64,000 nucleotides of DNA. It comes from Tubulanus polymorphus. Lineage: Eukaryota; Animalia; Nemertea. The stretch covers positions 7,738,275 to 7,802,274 of the forward strand of contig NC_134032.1 of NCBI RefSeq assembly GCF_964204645.1, read 5' to 3'. The first letter of the stretch is position 1; every line of letters starts with the position of its first letter. Positions 53,132 through 64,000 of this stretch are shown one piece after another. The position numbers and the translations under genes were made by a program. The notes below the pieces were generated by a model. The model saw only the letters and a program-made list of their open reading frames with translations. It had not been told where the DNA came from and did not search any database.

Positions 53132-53722
53132 CACACCGCAATTCAGCTGATCGTTGCATTATCCAGAAACATACAACGCGTCCTGTAGCATACTTTTGAA
53201 AATAAAATTCAGGTGACCACCAATCGTACTCTCCGAACCGAAGGTCAACAATACGTTAATGAGACCATAATAATCAATCACGGATACAAATAAAAGATAG
53301 TGGAAATACGCATCTCGTATCAATACCATCGAAGGAGAGACCTGTACTTAGAAAAAATGCGATAACCGTGAGAAAATATAGTTTCTCATCACGATATCAA
53401 TTTATCAAAGTAATTCATTCTAATCATTATATTCAAATCATTACCCTCTCAAATTACCACCGGACGCACCTTACTCAGCACAATTACAATTCATACATTC
53501 AGATAATTATATTTAACCCGTTAACCTTTAACTTCATTACTACACACAAATCACCGCTGTGTTACCATATTTCATAGATAACCCTCATTGTACATCTTTT
53601 CCCCCTCCTTAAATTCACAGTAACTAATCAATTATTATTACTTTTTATACATTGTTTTATCAGTACTTCCATTACAATCCCTTACCCCTACCATATGATG
53701 ATAATAATAAAGACAGCTCCCC

Positions 53723-53840
53723 AATACACCCTTAAATTACGCAACATCTGACTCCAGAACAAACATTTTTACCCAAGTCTAAAGAAATTTTTCCACGAAA
53801 ACACAAAAAACAATACAAATTTTGTCACCTCACATAACCA
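53723..53840 (-). promoter_or_regulatory. Right-end inward-facing promoter-like block related to the left one
   Basis: Minus strand gtcagatgttgcgtaatttaagggtgtatt versus left gtcagatgtgacgtcattttagggtatata (24/30 identical). Confidence 0.55.
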
Positions 53841-53853
53841 ACCGGTTCTTGTC

Positions 53854-54044
53854 CGAGTTTCCCAGAAAGTTTGCCGACATCACCCAATGTTTGCCGAAAT
53901 CACATGTCACTTTGCCTTAACGTTTGCCAGATTTGTTGAAAACTTTGCCGGTTTCACCTAAATGTTTGCCAAAAACTTTGCCGGATTTGGAAAAGTTTGC
54001 CTAGTTTGCCTACTGTGCCAGAACCCCCTTATAGCTATACTACT
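53854..54044 (-). repeat. Polinton right TIR
   Basis: Ends ...CCCCCTTATAGCTATACTACT, followed by the TSD AGTGTT. Confidence 0.95.
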
Positions 54045-55810
54045 AGTGTTGGAAATATGTTTATTATATTTTACGGCCTGTTTTCGTGCTGATAGATAAT
54101 TTTTGAACCAAATTAAAGATTGGCCGCGTATTCCATAATGCTCCAATTTAGCTAAAAGGATTTGATGGTTAAGCGTTAAGACCCAAACAGTTGTCTTTTT
54201 CCAGGTAGTTTGATATTTTGTCTAGAATATAGGACAAAGCCGAAGAAGTGGAGTGCTTCTTCCTGAAACCAAACTGATGATTACTTAGAATATTAAATTT
54301 TTATAGGAAAGACGACAGCCGATTGTAAACAAGTTTTTCAAGGATTTTTGAAACCGACGGAAGAACCGATATTGGCCGGTAGTTACTAAAAAGTGATTTG
54401 TCACCATCCTTATAGATAGGAGTGACGAGGGCAATTTTAATTGGCTAGGCACAATGCCCGTTAAAAGGCTGCAATTGAAGATATGAAGTGGTTGCGATAT
54501 TATTTCTATAATAGATTTTAGTAGTTTCATACTTATCTTGCAACTGCCACAGGAGGATTTATTTTTCATTTTTGAAACTAAAGTTACAATTTCTCACCCA
54601 GAAAATCATTGAAATCATGCGTGGAACTAGGAATATTGGATTCGAGCTTCGACACAATATTTACAAAGTAATCATTGAAATGATTGGCAATATCCTGTTC
54701 ATCGGATAAAATCTCATTATCATATTTAAAATCAGCATCAAGCCTGTCTTTTTTACCCTTTTTAAGTAATGAATTTACAAGTTTCCAGGTTTCTCTTTGA
54801 TTATGCTTACATGAGAAAAATTTTTCTCTGTTGTAACCATCTTTACATTTCTTAATTACAGAATTTAAAATATTACGATATTTACAGTAATTTTCTTTGC
54901 TTTGTAAAGACCTGGACTTTGTATACTCTCTGTATAATTTTTCCTTACGTTTTATAGAACATTTAATTCCAGACGTGATCCAAGGTTTACTAATGCTACC
55001 GGATTTTGGAGAAATATACTTATAAGGAAAACAAGCTTCATAACAACTATCTACAATATTATAGAACTCATTGTATGAGATTTCGGGGTCGTTACTATTG
55101 TAAACACACTGCCAGTTACTAGTTAAAAGACAGCGTGAAAAATGGTCGATCGATCTAGGGTTTGTATTACGGATCTGAATTTTAGGCGTCGATGACTAGC
55201 CTCATGTAAAATTCCAGTGATAATAGCAAAAACGGGGCAGTGATCCGTGATATCAACCAAAAATACACCGCTAGATATCTGGAATTCTACATGGAAATTT
55301 ACTAAAATGTTATCAATAATGGTCGCTGAGTGGTCAGTGACCCGAGTAGGTAGCGGAGCAAAAGAATTAGAAATTGCTTCGTTTATAAATGAGTCACACA
55401 TAGCACTATTCCCATAATTACCAAAGTCTATATTGTAATCACCCATCAAAATAACATTGAGTTTCTCATTTGAAATTGTTACCATAAAGGATTCAAACTC
55501 ACTTAAAAATTCATTAAGATCTGATTCTGGTGGTCGGTAGATCACACCTATTAACATCTTTCTAGAATTTTGACCACTGATCTCTATGAATAAGTTTTCA
55601 GCTATAGATAGATCTTCCCTAATTTTGAAGGGAATTGAGTCGTTGATCAAAAGACCAACTCCGCCCCCTCCTTTGTTAGATCTGCTACAGAAAATACTAG
55701 CGTAATTAGGAAGGTGGTACAGAGACTCGTTAGGAACATTGCCGTCGGTCCATGTTTCTGTTAATCCAATAACAGAAAATGTATAGTTTAATAAATTTTC
55801 GCTTCTTTGG
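54045..55810 (-). pseudogene. LINE ORF2, APE endonuclease and RT N-terminal half (frameshifted)
   Basis: IGLTETW, GGGVG, IYRPP, MGDYNID, PTRVT..SATIIDNI, DITDH; then YRPISVLP and YGIRG....WFKNYLS.RKQ. Confidence 0.92.
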
Positions 55811-57100
55811 AGTAACGAAAACATCTGCATCCGATTCAGACTTCCATGCATCCACGAAGTTTTTGGAGAGTGCAGATTTCCCAAGGTCGTTTAGATGTAT
55901 ACCAGTGTTGTCACTGATATTATAGAAACGCTCTCTTATCGCTCCCAACGGTTTGAAAACGATATCATTGTTTATATACACGATGTTCTGTTTAGAACAG
56001 AAATTGTCCATAAATGTATTCACCGTTTCAGATGCAGCATTGAAATCTGCAGCAGCAGCAGTGACAGCTTTCCTAGGTATTATGCTAGAAAGAGCTATTT
56101 TTGCATTTAGATAATGTTCGTGTACTTTAGCCATCGCGACTGTCAAATTCATTTTCGCGGTGTCGATTTCTGACTTATAACGGTTAACGTCATTGGTACC
56201 GAGGTGAACCACGACGTAAGTAACGGAGTCGGGCTCAGGGATCTGAGAGTCGGCTTTGTCGAATAGCTGCTCGACGTTCTCTGCCGGTGCTCCAGATTGA
56301 TGTATCACGATTCCGTCAGGATACTTTAAGTTTCTCATGTTAGAATCTCCGATTATAACGTTTATGGAAGATTGTTTACTCGGTTCCGGTGCTGTCGGTT
56401 CCGGCACTGGTTCCGATTGCATTGTTGGTGATTTTTCGACTGATTCCGTATTATTACCCTCATCGGGATTTAATTGGCTGTCACGAGGTTTACAATTTAA
56501 CTGACAGTCACGAGCTTTATGGTCTAATGCTCCACATTTGAAGCATTCGATTGATCTTGTTCTTTATTTCAGGTGACATTCGTATGAGCTGTGATCACCT
56601 AGGCAATGTTGGCAACATATACCTGTACAGTACAAACGAACTTTAAAGCCATGTATATTTGTATACGTCGGTATTACATCGGTGACTTTTTTAAGTTTAA
56701 GATACCGCGTACCGGTGAAAATATCAGTACCTTTTATGGTACCTTTCTGATTGATCCGTCAACTTACTCACCGAATTTACTTATAAAGTTCGCTATGGTT
56801 TTATCATCCATTTCTATCGGTGCATCCACTAACTTAACAGTCATATAATTCTCATCAACATCCATAAAGTTAATAGACACTCCATTAATAATTAATCCCG
56901 ACAATCTCAAACTGTTTTTACTTTCCAAATTTGCTGTTGTTATAACACAGTCTTTTGCGGTTATTTGGACAGAGTAAATTAAACCTACGTCCATTTTGTG
57001 TCTTATTGCCTCGATAATTTGCTGGTGGGATATTTTATTTTCACTTCCTAACTCCTGTTATCCAAATTTGATGGACATATCTCTTGTTAATCAACTCATA
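55730..57100 (-). pseudogene. LINE ORF1: RRM-like N-terminus, two CCHC knuckles and SGNH/GDSL esterase
   Basis: TVKLVDAPIEMDDK.I..F.SKFG; CQHCLGDHSSYEC and CFKCGALDHKARDC (~56500-56615); IGDSN, HLGTND, GIHLN..G. Confidence 0.8.
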
Positions 57101-57316
57101 TTTGATTTTAGACGTTGAAAATAAACGTAAATAAACGTAAACTGACTAATTAAAGATTTACGACGGAGAGCTCCTTAAACACGACTGCTCATATCCGCCA
57201 TTATATTCCTCAATGTTAACTCTTAAAATATTCATGTTTTAAAAGTGAGAGTAAAATGTTAGCATAATAATCTAGAAAAATAAGATCAAATATAGATTTC
57301 GAATAATAAAAAATCA

Positions 57317-57572
57317 ATTTTCAATATAAAAAGTAACGAGTAATTAACGAGTGAAATAATTCATATTTAAATCATTGAATATTTATATTTATATGCGTTA
57401 AATTCTTATTTTCAATATAAAAAGTAATGAGTAAAGTGTGAGTGAAATGATTCATATTTAAAATATTGAATATTTATATTTATATGCTTGAGATTCTTAT
57501 TTTTAAACATAAAAATTGTGAGTAAAGTGTGAGTGAAATAATCCATATTCGAAACATTGAATATTTATATTT
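57317..57572. repeat. Three ~91-bp AT-rich tandem repeats
   Basis: gagtaa....gagtgaaat.at.catatt.aaa..attgaatatttatattt at ~57338, ~57429 and ~57520. Confidence 0.85.
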
Positions 57573-57604
57573 GAATGAGTTTTAATAAAAGTTTTGCTAT
57601 AAAA

Positions 57605-58227
57605 ATGAAGAAAGAAGAAGAAGAACCTAAATTCAAAATTGAAATAAAAGAAACTAATAACTTATTTTCACAGTTTAACCTTAAAAATTATATCTCAGCA
57701 ACAAATTTAGTGTATGCAAGACATTATAAAATTGATAATATTACTGTAATTAATCAAATATTATCAAATGGAAAATATTTAATTACTGAACTAGTAGATA
57801 CTTTTGATGATGGTGCTAAAAATCCTAAAATATTTATACAGTTTTAAATTATAAAAGTAATTTAGATGAAAACATAATAAATATTCTTAAAACTCCTTTT
57901 AATGAAAGAGATCGTGATATAATAATTTCTAAAGATTACAATGATTTGATTAACTAAAGAATTGAAAAAAGACAATTATGTTATTTAAATTTTGATGATA
58001 AACAAATTATCTATAATGAAAATTCATCAAATATTGGAATTCAATGTGAATTAGATAATGAAAAATTATTTAAAGATATAGGAATTCAATGTAACTTAGA
58101 TAATGAAATCAATATACGTCATATGAAATATGAACCTAATGAAAAAGTGTTATGTAGTTGTGGAAAATATTATACTCGAAGCAATAAATCACACGATCTT
58201 AAATCAAAATATCATAACTCAAAGTAA
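57605..58227 (+). pseudogene. AT-rich ORF with C-terminal CxCG...H...H motif (virus-like), disrupted
   Basis: TATAAAAATG start; after a frameshift reads IGIQCELDNE twice (imperfect) and EKVLCSCGKYYTRSNKSHDLKSKYH. Confidence 0.4.
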
Positions 58228-58285
58228 TAATTCAACTCTAAATATTCAAAATAGGATATTTCAAATTACTTTTTTTCTTAAATAA

Positions 58286-58492
58286 ATGTATAATTTCAAC
58301 ATTCCAACCGGAAGTAGTGATTCAAAACATTATTTAGTTGCTGGAGGTTTAATATTGGCTGCGCTTTACTTCTACTATGAAAATATCAGTAAAGATCTAA
58401 TGAATGAAAATATGAAATTGAGTAAAAAGTTAAAGAAGTTAAATGGAAACAATAATAAAAAAGTTAATGATTTAAAAGAATTAGAGGATTAA
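58286..58492 (+). CDS. Small transmembrane plus coiled-coil ORF, unknown function
   Basis: TAAATAAATG start; hydrophobic YLVAGGLILAALYFYY followed by heptads. Confidence 0.35.
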   Translation: MYNFNIPTGSSDSKHYLVAGGLILAALYFYYENISKDLMNENMKLSKKLKKLNGNNNKKVNDLKELED

Positions 58493-60074
58493 AACAACAT
58501 CTTTTAATCTAATTTATTTTATATATTTTAACTATAAAAATGAGTGAGAGTAAGGTATTAGAAATATTACATCTAATATATAAAAATCAACAGAATATTA
58601 AATCAATTATTATGCTTTCAGGATTAGTTTCATTTTCAGTTTATTCATTAAAACAGCTGTTAGATTTCTATGATAATTGCAAAATTAGATAAGCCGAATT
58701 AAAAGATAACATTAATTATCTATCAGATAAATTGAATAATATTGTTGTGAAATATGCAATAAAAAGTATAGAAATAAAAAGAGTTTGAGAAATCATAGAT
58801 ATATTCATGAATTAAATGATAAATTGTATAATTCAAATTGAAATATGATATTTCAATTAATACCCCCTGTGTCTTTATTGTCTTTAGTAGTCTTAGTACT
58901 TTTAGTACATAAAGAATAAATCTTTATTCTATTAGTATTTTAAAGATAAAAAGAGTTTGAGAAATCATAAATACATTCATGATTTAAATGATAAATTATA
59001 TAATTCAAATTAAGTGATTCATATATGATATTTTAATTCTTTACATAAACTAGAATAATACAAGATGATACATACTTATTCAACGTAAAGTTTTTCTAGT
59101 TGAATTCTAGTAAAATGTAAAGAAATTTAAGTAAACAAGAATTGAATAGATTCAACAAGAATTATAATAAGATTCTTTAATAATACTAACCTATTCAATT
59201 CTAATGTCTTTCTATTTGAATCTATTCAAAATATTATTTAATCCAGTGAGCAAATAGAAACAATAACTAGTCTTAATTTAAAGAATTATATCATAATCTA
59301 GTGCTGCGTAAAGAATATGATATTCATCATTACTGAATCAAATTTATATGATGAAATTTAAAAATATTATATAATTCAAATTATAAAACTAATTTATATA
59401 TCTAAGTACTAGATGTACGGGTAAGAATCCAAGAAAGTAAGACAGGTACGAGAGGTGCGAGTAAGAATCCAAGAATTCTTACTTTCTTACTCGTACCTCT
59501 AGTACATAGATATATAAATTAGTTTTTATGAAAATTATACATATAAATAGTTATAATATAATCTATTTTTTATTTTCATTAAGTGAAAACATATAATTTA
59601 TTCATTTTTATATTCACATAGTGTGCGCCTCCAAAAATTTGGTTATTTTGTGTCATTGGCTGTAACTTTTTCATTTTTTAAATACAATTTAGAATTTTTC
59701 ACTGAAGATATAGTTTTATCTGAGGATATTGTTGATACTGCATTCGTAAAAATACATTCTTAGAATCGCGCGTGGCCACCGGTTGATCTTGAGTCTCGCG
59801 CAAAGCGCACGCGAGTGGTTGACCGTCGATTTTCTACAGTAGACTCATATCAACTCGAGTTCATCGGGACCAGAACTAATTTGCCACCGGCTAAGTGGTT
59901 TATTACCTTCCTATTCTAGGTATGTACCAGTATCGTGGTTCAAGTCCAGAATAAGTCAAAATAGTTCCGTGGAGGGTTTTCTTAAATGAGGTGAGTGGTT
60001 CGGTTTCAAATTGCTGTCAGAAACCTGATTTTCGACCATTTGTCGAGTTGACAATCGGCAATCAGAAACCAATC

Positions 60075-60380
60075 ACCCATAGCATCAATATCACCCTCAC
60101 AATCGCGGCATCTATATCACTCTCACAATCACATCTATATCACCCTCACAATCACATAATCTATATCACCCTCACAATCACAGCATCTATATCACCCTCA
60201 CAATCGTAGCACAATCACAGTATCTATTTCACCCTCACAATCACAGCATCTATATCACCCTCACAATCACAGTATTTATATCACCTTCACAATGACAGCA
60301 TCTATATCGCCTTCACAATCACAGCATATATTTCACCCTCGCAATCACAGTATCTATATCACCCTCATAATCACAGCACT
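60075..60380. repeat. Minisatellite, ~26-bp unit, inside an inverted-repeat element (~60004-60505)
   Basis: Unit tctatatcaccctcacaatcacagca; flanks gaaacctgat..tcgaccattt and aaatggtcgactatcaggtttc. Confidence 0.9.
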
Positions 60381-62582
60381 GGATAATATGAAAGTCAATA
60401 AAGGGAAACGGTCGACTAATCAAGTTTCTGATTGCCAATTGCCCATTGTCGACCCGAGAAATGGTCGACTATCAGGTTTCCGATTGCCGATTGTCGACTT
60501 CTGAAAATTACTGCACGTGCCTCCTTCTATCGATCTGTGCGTATTAATACTTTCCTCAGTGCAAATGTTGGACCCGAAGATCTACTTTTACCTGTTCTGG
60601 AGTTGATCCACAATCATTACCACTTAGAGTTGGGTTTGAAAATGACCAGGTACCGGCAACTGTAAATAGGCTCTGCGAAGCTAAGGTACGGAATTTGATT
60701 TTAGCTCCATGCTTGCAATTCTTTTGTATTTCGCAAGCCAAATAATTCTTATTTTACCAGCTTATTTTCTTCATGATCGCCATAAGCTAGTGATCTTTGC
60801 AACTTTCCTATAAAAGTATTGGTCTTAGATAATGTTCGATGCTCGCTATCCAATCATTCTAGTTTTAAACGGCCCCTTGAAAGGAGATAAAAATCTAAAC
60901 GGCCAATACATACTCATCAGAGAAGATATTTGAATAACTTCGGAAAATTTATTGAATATCTTTTATACATATTGCCATACAAAATCTTTTCATAGCAAAT
61001 AGATAAACAAATATTTTGTATGGCAATGACAGGTAAAATGTCACAAAAAAACAAAGTTCCGAGTTCTTTTTGTCGAACCTTGTTAGTACCATTCGGCTTA
61101 CCACGCAAATTCTCGCATCCACGATATCGCATGGATATGGGCCTTATATCATAAAAGCGCTCAAAATTTGCTACCGAAAAGAAATAATAGATCGTAGAAT
61201 GCAAGCCATCTAGAAAACGGACCAACCACCGATATTTTTGCCGGTGCTTACCATAAAATATACCACGGAATATATCATACGCATAAAAATGCGTCCGGGT
61301 GTCTGAATCTAGTGTCGTACGTGCACGATGAGGCCATCCCGAAAGTGATGGCGAGGAAATTGGCACTGAAGACCGGAATACCTTTGATTCCCTACAGAGA
61401 TTATTACGTACAACAGCTGCTGATTATTTTTGTCACCGACGATGATGCCCTCATAGCCACAGATGACCCACTGATGAAGACATAACTTAACGATAAAAGG
61501 ACAAACCCGTACGTCTGCTTGTAAGTTTAAAACTCCACCAACATTATGGTAAACGTTCCAAGGTTTTGCATCAATTTTGCTTGCTTTACGATAAAGGAAC
61601 AACCCCGTAGTTATTACTTTTATGTCAGTTGAAATTTCCACCAGTGTTGTGGTAAACGTTCACCCGTGTTATACGGTCGGATCTTCTGGTCACTATGGTT
61701 CCTCAACCTGCTGTTTCCTAGAAGTTAGATATTTAACTCAACAATTCTTTCTCGTATTGATCCGTATTATTGCTCTTGCCTTTCCGCCTACACTACTCAC
61801 TCCAAAGCTAAACTAAAGCTCATCTCTACCTTTCCTCTTCTATATCTTTTTATTATTTAGTAAGGTGTGCAGGCCCTTTACCTCGGTGCTCACGATGCCC
61901 TAGTCATACGGCACAAATTTCACGACCCATGTATGGAGTGTTTACGTACCTACTTACGTCACAATATTCTAAATGTTTTTGCACTCGCCAGAGAGCTCAT
62001 GGCCGCTATTTAGTTTTCCTACGCATATACGTACGTCACATCCCGATAATATGGTTATTTACATAACTTCTATTTATTTTTAATTGTATCAGCAATTTTT
62101 ACACATTATTTTCTAATTTTCAAGGGAAATTTTGAAGCCGTGCTTTGATCAATCAATCAGCTTATGAAATGGGTCTGTCGGACACAAGTCGGCTGTGTTT
62201 TACCTTTTTTGTTCCCAAAAAGGTCGACTGATTTTGGCTTCACCTTTTCGCTCTATACGAACCTTATCGCAGACACTAAGGTACGTGATGTAATTCATGC
62301 AAGAATTCAGAGACCTTCATCCATTCCTTGCAAGGGTTTGATTCCCTACCGCTAATATAAACCCTTCAATGGTCAACCCTTCGATGGTCTAATTATTGCC
62401 CAAGGTTTCTTTGGACAGGTTGCTGCTACTAAAGCGGCCACCAGTCTGTAATGTATATTTTGTAACAATAATACATTAGGCGTTTTTATTTAAGCAACTC
62501 GTATCAAATCGCTTTGCTCCGTCGATTACTGTCACGTGGTACAAATCGAATCGCCTTAAATAAACACTGCAGCGTATCAAAC

Positions 62583-63904
62583 ATGGCGGCGGCGGACGCG
62601 GAAGTCAGACGAAATCGTCTGAAGAATGTTGTCTTCAATTCAGTTTTGCAGCAGTCTTTAACGCGTCCAACGGACACGGGTATATAAGTTCTGAAGAGAA
62701 AAATAAGTGACTGTGACGCCGATTTTTTTCGATGATTTGAAACTGCGAGGAATTGAGATATTTGAAAGATGGGCGGAAACCTCGTATATACAGAATTATC
62801 TGTCAACGGTTGCGAGTTTGTACTCACCTGGTGACTTCAAATCACGGTTCAGGATAAGCAGACAGACATTTGCCGTACTAGAAAATCACATTACGCCTAT
62901 TCTTGCTGCATCTCGGACAAGAAATTCGGATATATCGTATCAGAAGCAAATACTCATTTTCATATATTACTGTAGTACCCAGGATCCATTGATTAGAAAT
63001 GCTGATATATTTGGCTGTTGTGAAGCATCAGTGTTTAGTATTATTGGTAAGTCAAATGATCACGTTATGTACAATATGAATAGCAGACAAAGTTACATCA
63101 ATTCCTGTAAGCAGTAGGCTATGTTCCATCTCTTTGTCATTTCAGCTAAGTTGAGTCAGATCATCAACAAGTATTTGCTGAAGAAGTTTATTAAATGGCC
63201 AACTGGTGATTATGTTCAACAGGTGTTCAATGGTTTCGAAGAGAAACAGCATTTTCCAAAAGTGATTAGGAGCACTGGACGGTACTCACATCCCTATCAA
63301 AACACCAAAAAAAGATGGCGAAGTCTACATTTAGAGGAAAAAGTTTCATTCAATCAATGCCACTGCTGTTTGCGATCATCAAATGCTGTTCAGGTTTGTG
63401 TTTGTGGGCTGGCCAGGATCCACACATGATTCGAGGGTGTTCAAAAATTCAAAACTAGGAACTGCTTGTGAGGACTTAGAAAAAAGAAGTGGTTTGTTTC
63501 CTAACAATAGCCATATACTCGGTGACTCAGCATATGAGTTGAATGATTACCTCTTGACTCCATTTAAAGATAATGGGGCTCTCTCTCAAATCGAGAGAGA
63601 CTATGATTTCTACCATAGTTCGACAAGAATGAAAATCGAGAACACTTTCGGTTGTCTTAAAGGTCGCTTCCGTCGCCTTGAATATATTGACATGCATGAT
63701 CAACAGAGACTTGTTGACTTGATACTAAGTTGTTTTGTGTTACACAACATCTGTTTGCTGAACCATGATGCTGTAGAAGAACAACTCAATGAAGACGTCG
63801 AGATGGAGGAACAGGCTCATAACGAAATTGAAAATGATGATGAAAATGTTTCAGCTGTTGCCAAGCGCAGAGCCATTTCTGTCATGTTGTCATTGTACAA
63901 TTGA
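62583..63904 (+). pseudogene. Harbinger (HARBI1-like) transposase, second family; intron 63047-63145
   Basis: FKSRFRISRQTF, GALDGTHIPI, GWPGSTHDSRVF, LGDSAY, R..IENTFG.LKGRF; internal stops and a frameshift. Confidence 0.9.
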
Positions 63905-64000
63905 TTTTTGGAGTATGGTTAAATATCGGTAAGTTGTGTTCTACTGTGAAATCAAGGGCAGATCCAGGGGAGGGGGTTCTGAGGGTTCTGGAATACCGGT

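Larger units (their letters stand above)
40102..54044. mobile_element. Polinton/Maverick (adintovirus-like endogenous virus), 13,943 bp
   Basis: Starts AGTAGTATAGCTATAAGGGGGTTCTGGCACAGTAGGCAAACTAGGC and ends with its reverse complement; TSD AGTGTT at 40096-40101 and 54045-54050; encodes pPolB, ATPase, integrase, minor and major capsid, protease. Confidence 0.98.
38864..57218 (-). mobile_element. Near full-length L2/CR1-group LINE (Crack/Daphne-like), split by the Polinton
   Basis: ORF1 plus APE-RT ORF2; 3' stem-loop 38963-39012, AATAAA at 38892-38887 and a (TACTTA)n tail; possible TSD ACTCTTAA at 38856-38863 and 57219-57226 (boundary uncertain). Confidence 0.85.

Noticed and set aside
60917-61816. 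Cluster of medium-length ORFs
   Set aside because: No interpretable motifs on either strand.

Overview
AT-rich eukaryotic DNA, most likely from an invertebrate animal (spliceosomal introns, metazoan transposon families). No ordinary host gene is recognisable; the window is almost all mobile elements. The centrepiece is a 13.9-kb Polinton/Maverick (adintovirus-like endogenous virus) at 40102-54044. It has AGTAGT termini, ~190-220 bp TIRs and a perfect 6-bp TSD (AGTGTT), and it sits inside the reverse transcriptase of a near full-length L2/CR1-group LINE (~38864-57218, minus strand). The Polinton carries the usual core genes (pPolB, ATPase, integrase with chromodomain, minor and major capsid, adenain protease), several of them frameshifted. 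It also carries two intact homologues of host basal transcription factors: a divergent TATA-binding protein whose second repeat lacks both DNA-intercalating Phe residues, and a spliced tandem-PC4 protein. Related inward-facing promoter-like blocks lie inside both TIRs, and a candidate ~6.9-kb intron may connect the right end to the polymerase ATG. Elsewhere: remnants of piggyBac, Crypton-like, Academ-like, KDZ-like, Merlin and two Harbinger elements (one with interleaved antiparallel genes and a triplicated 5' part), a Penelope-type inverted repeat with a hammerhead core, MITEs, minisatellites and a very AT-rich island of small virus-like ORFs (57230-59600). All family calls come from motif recognition by eye; no database search was run.
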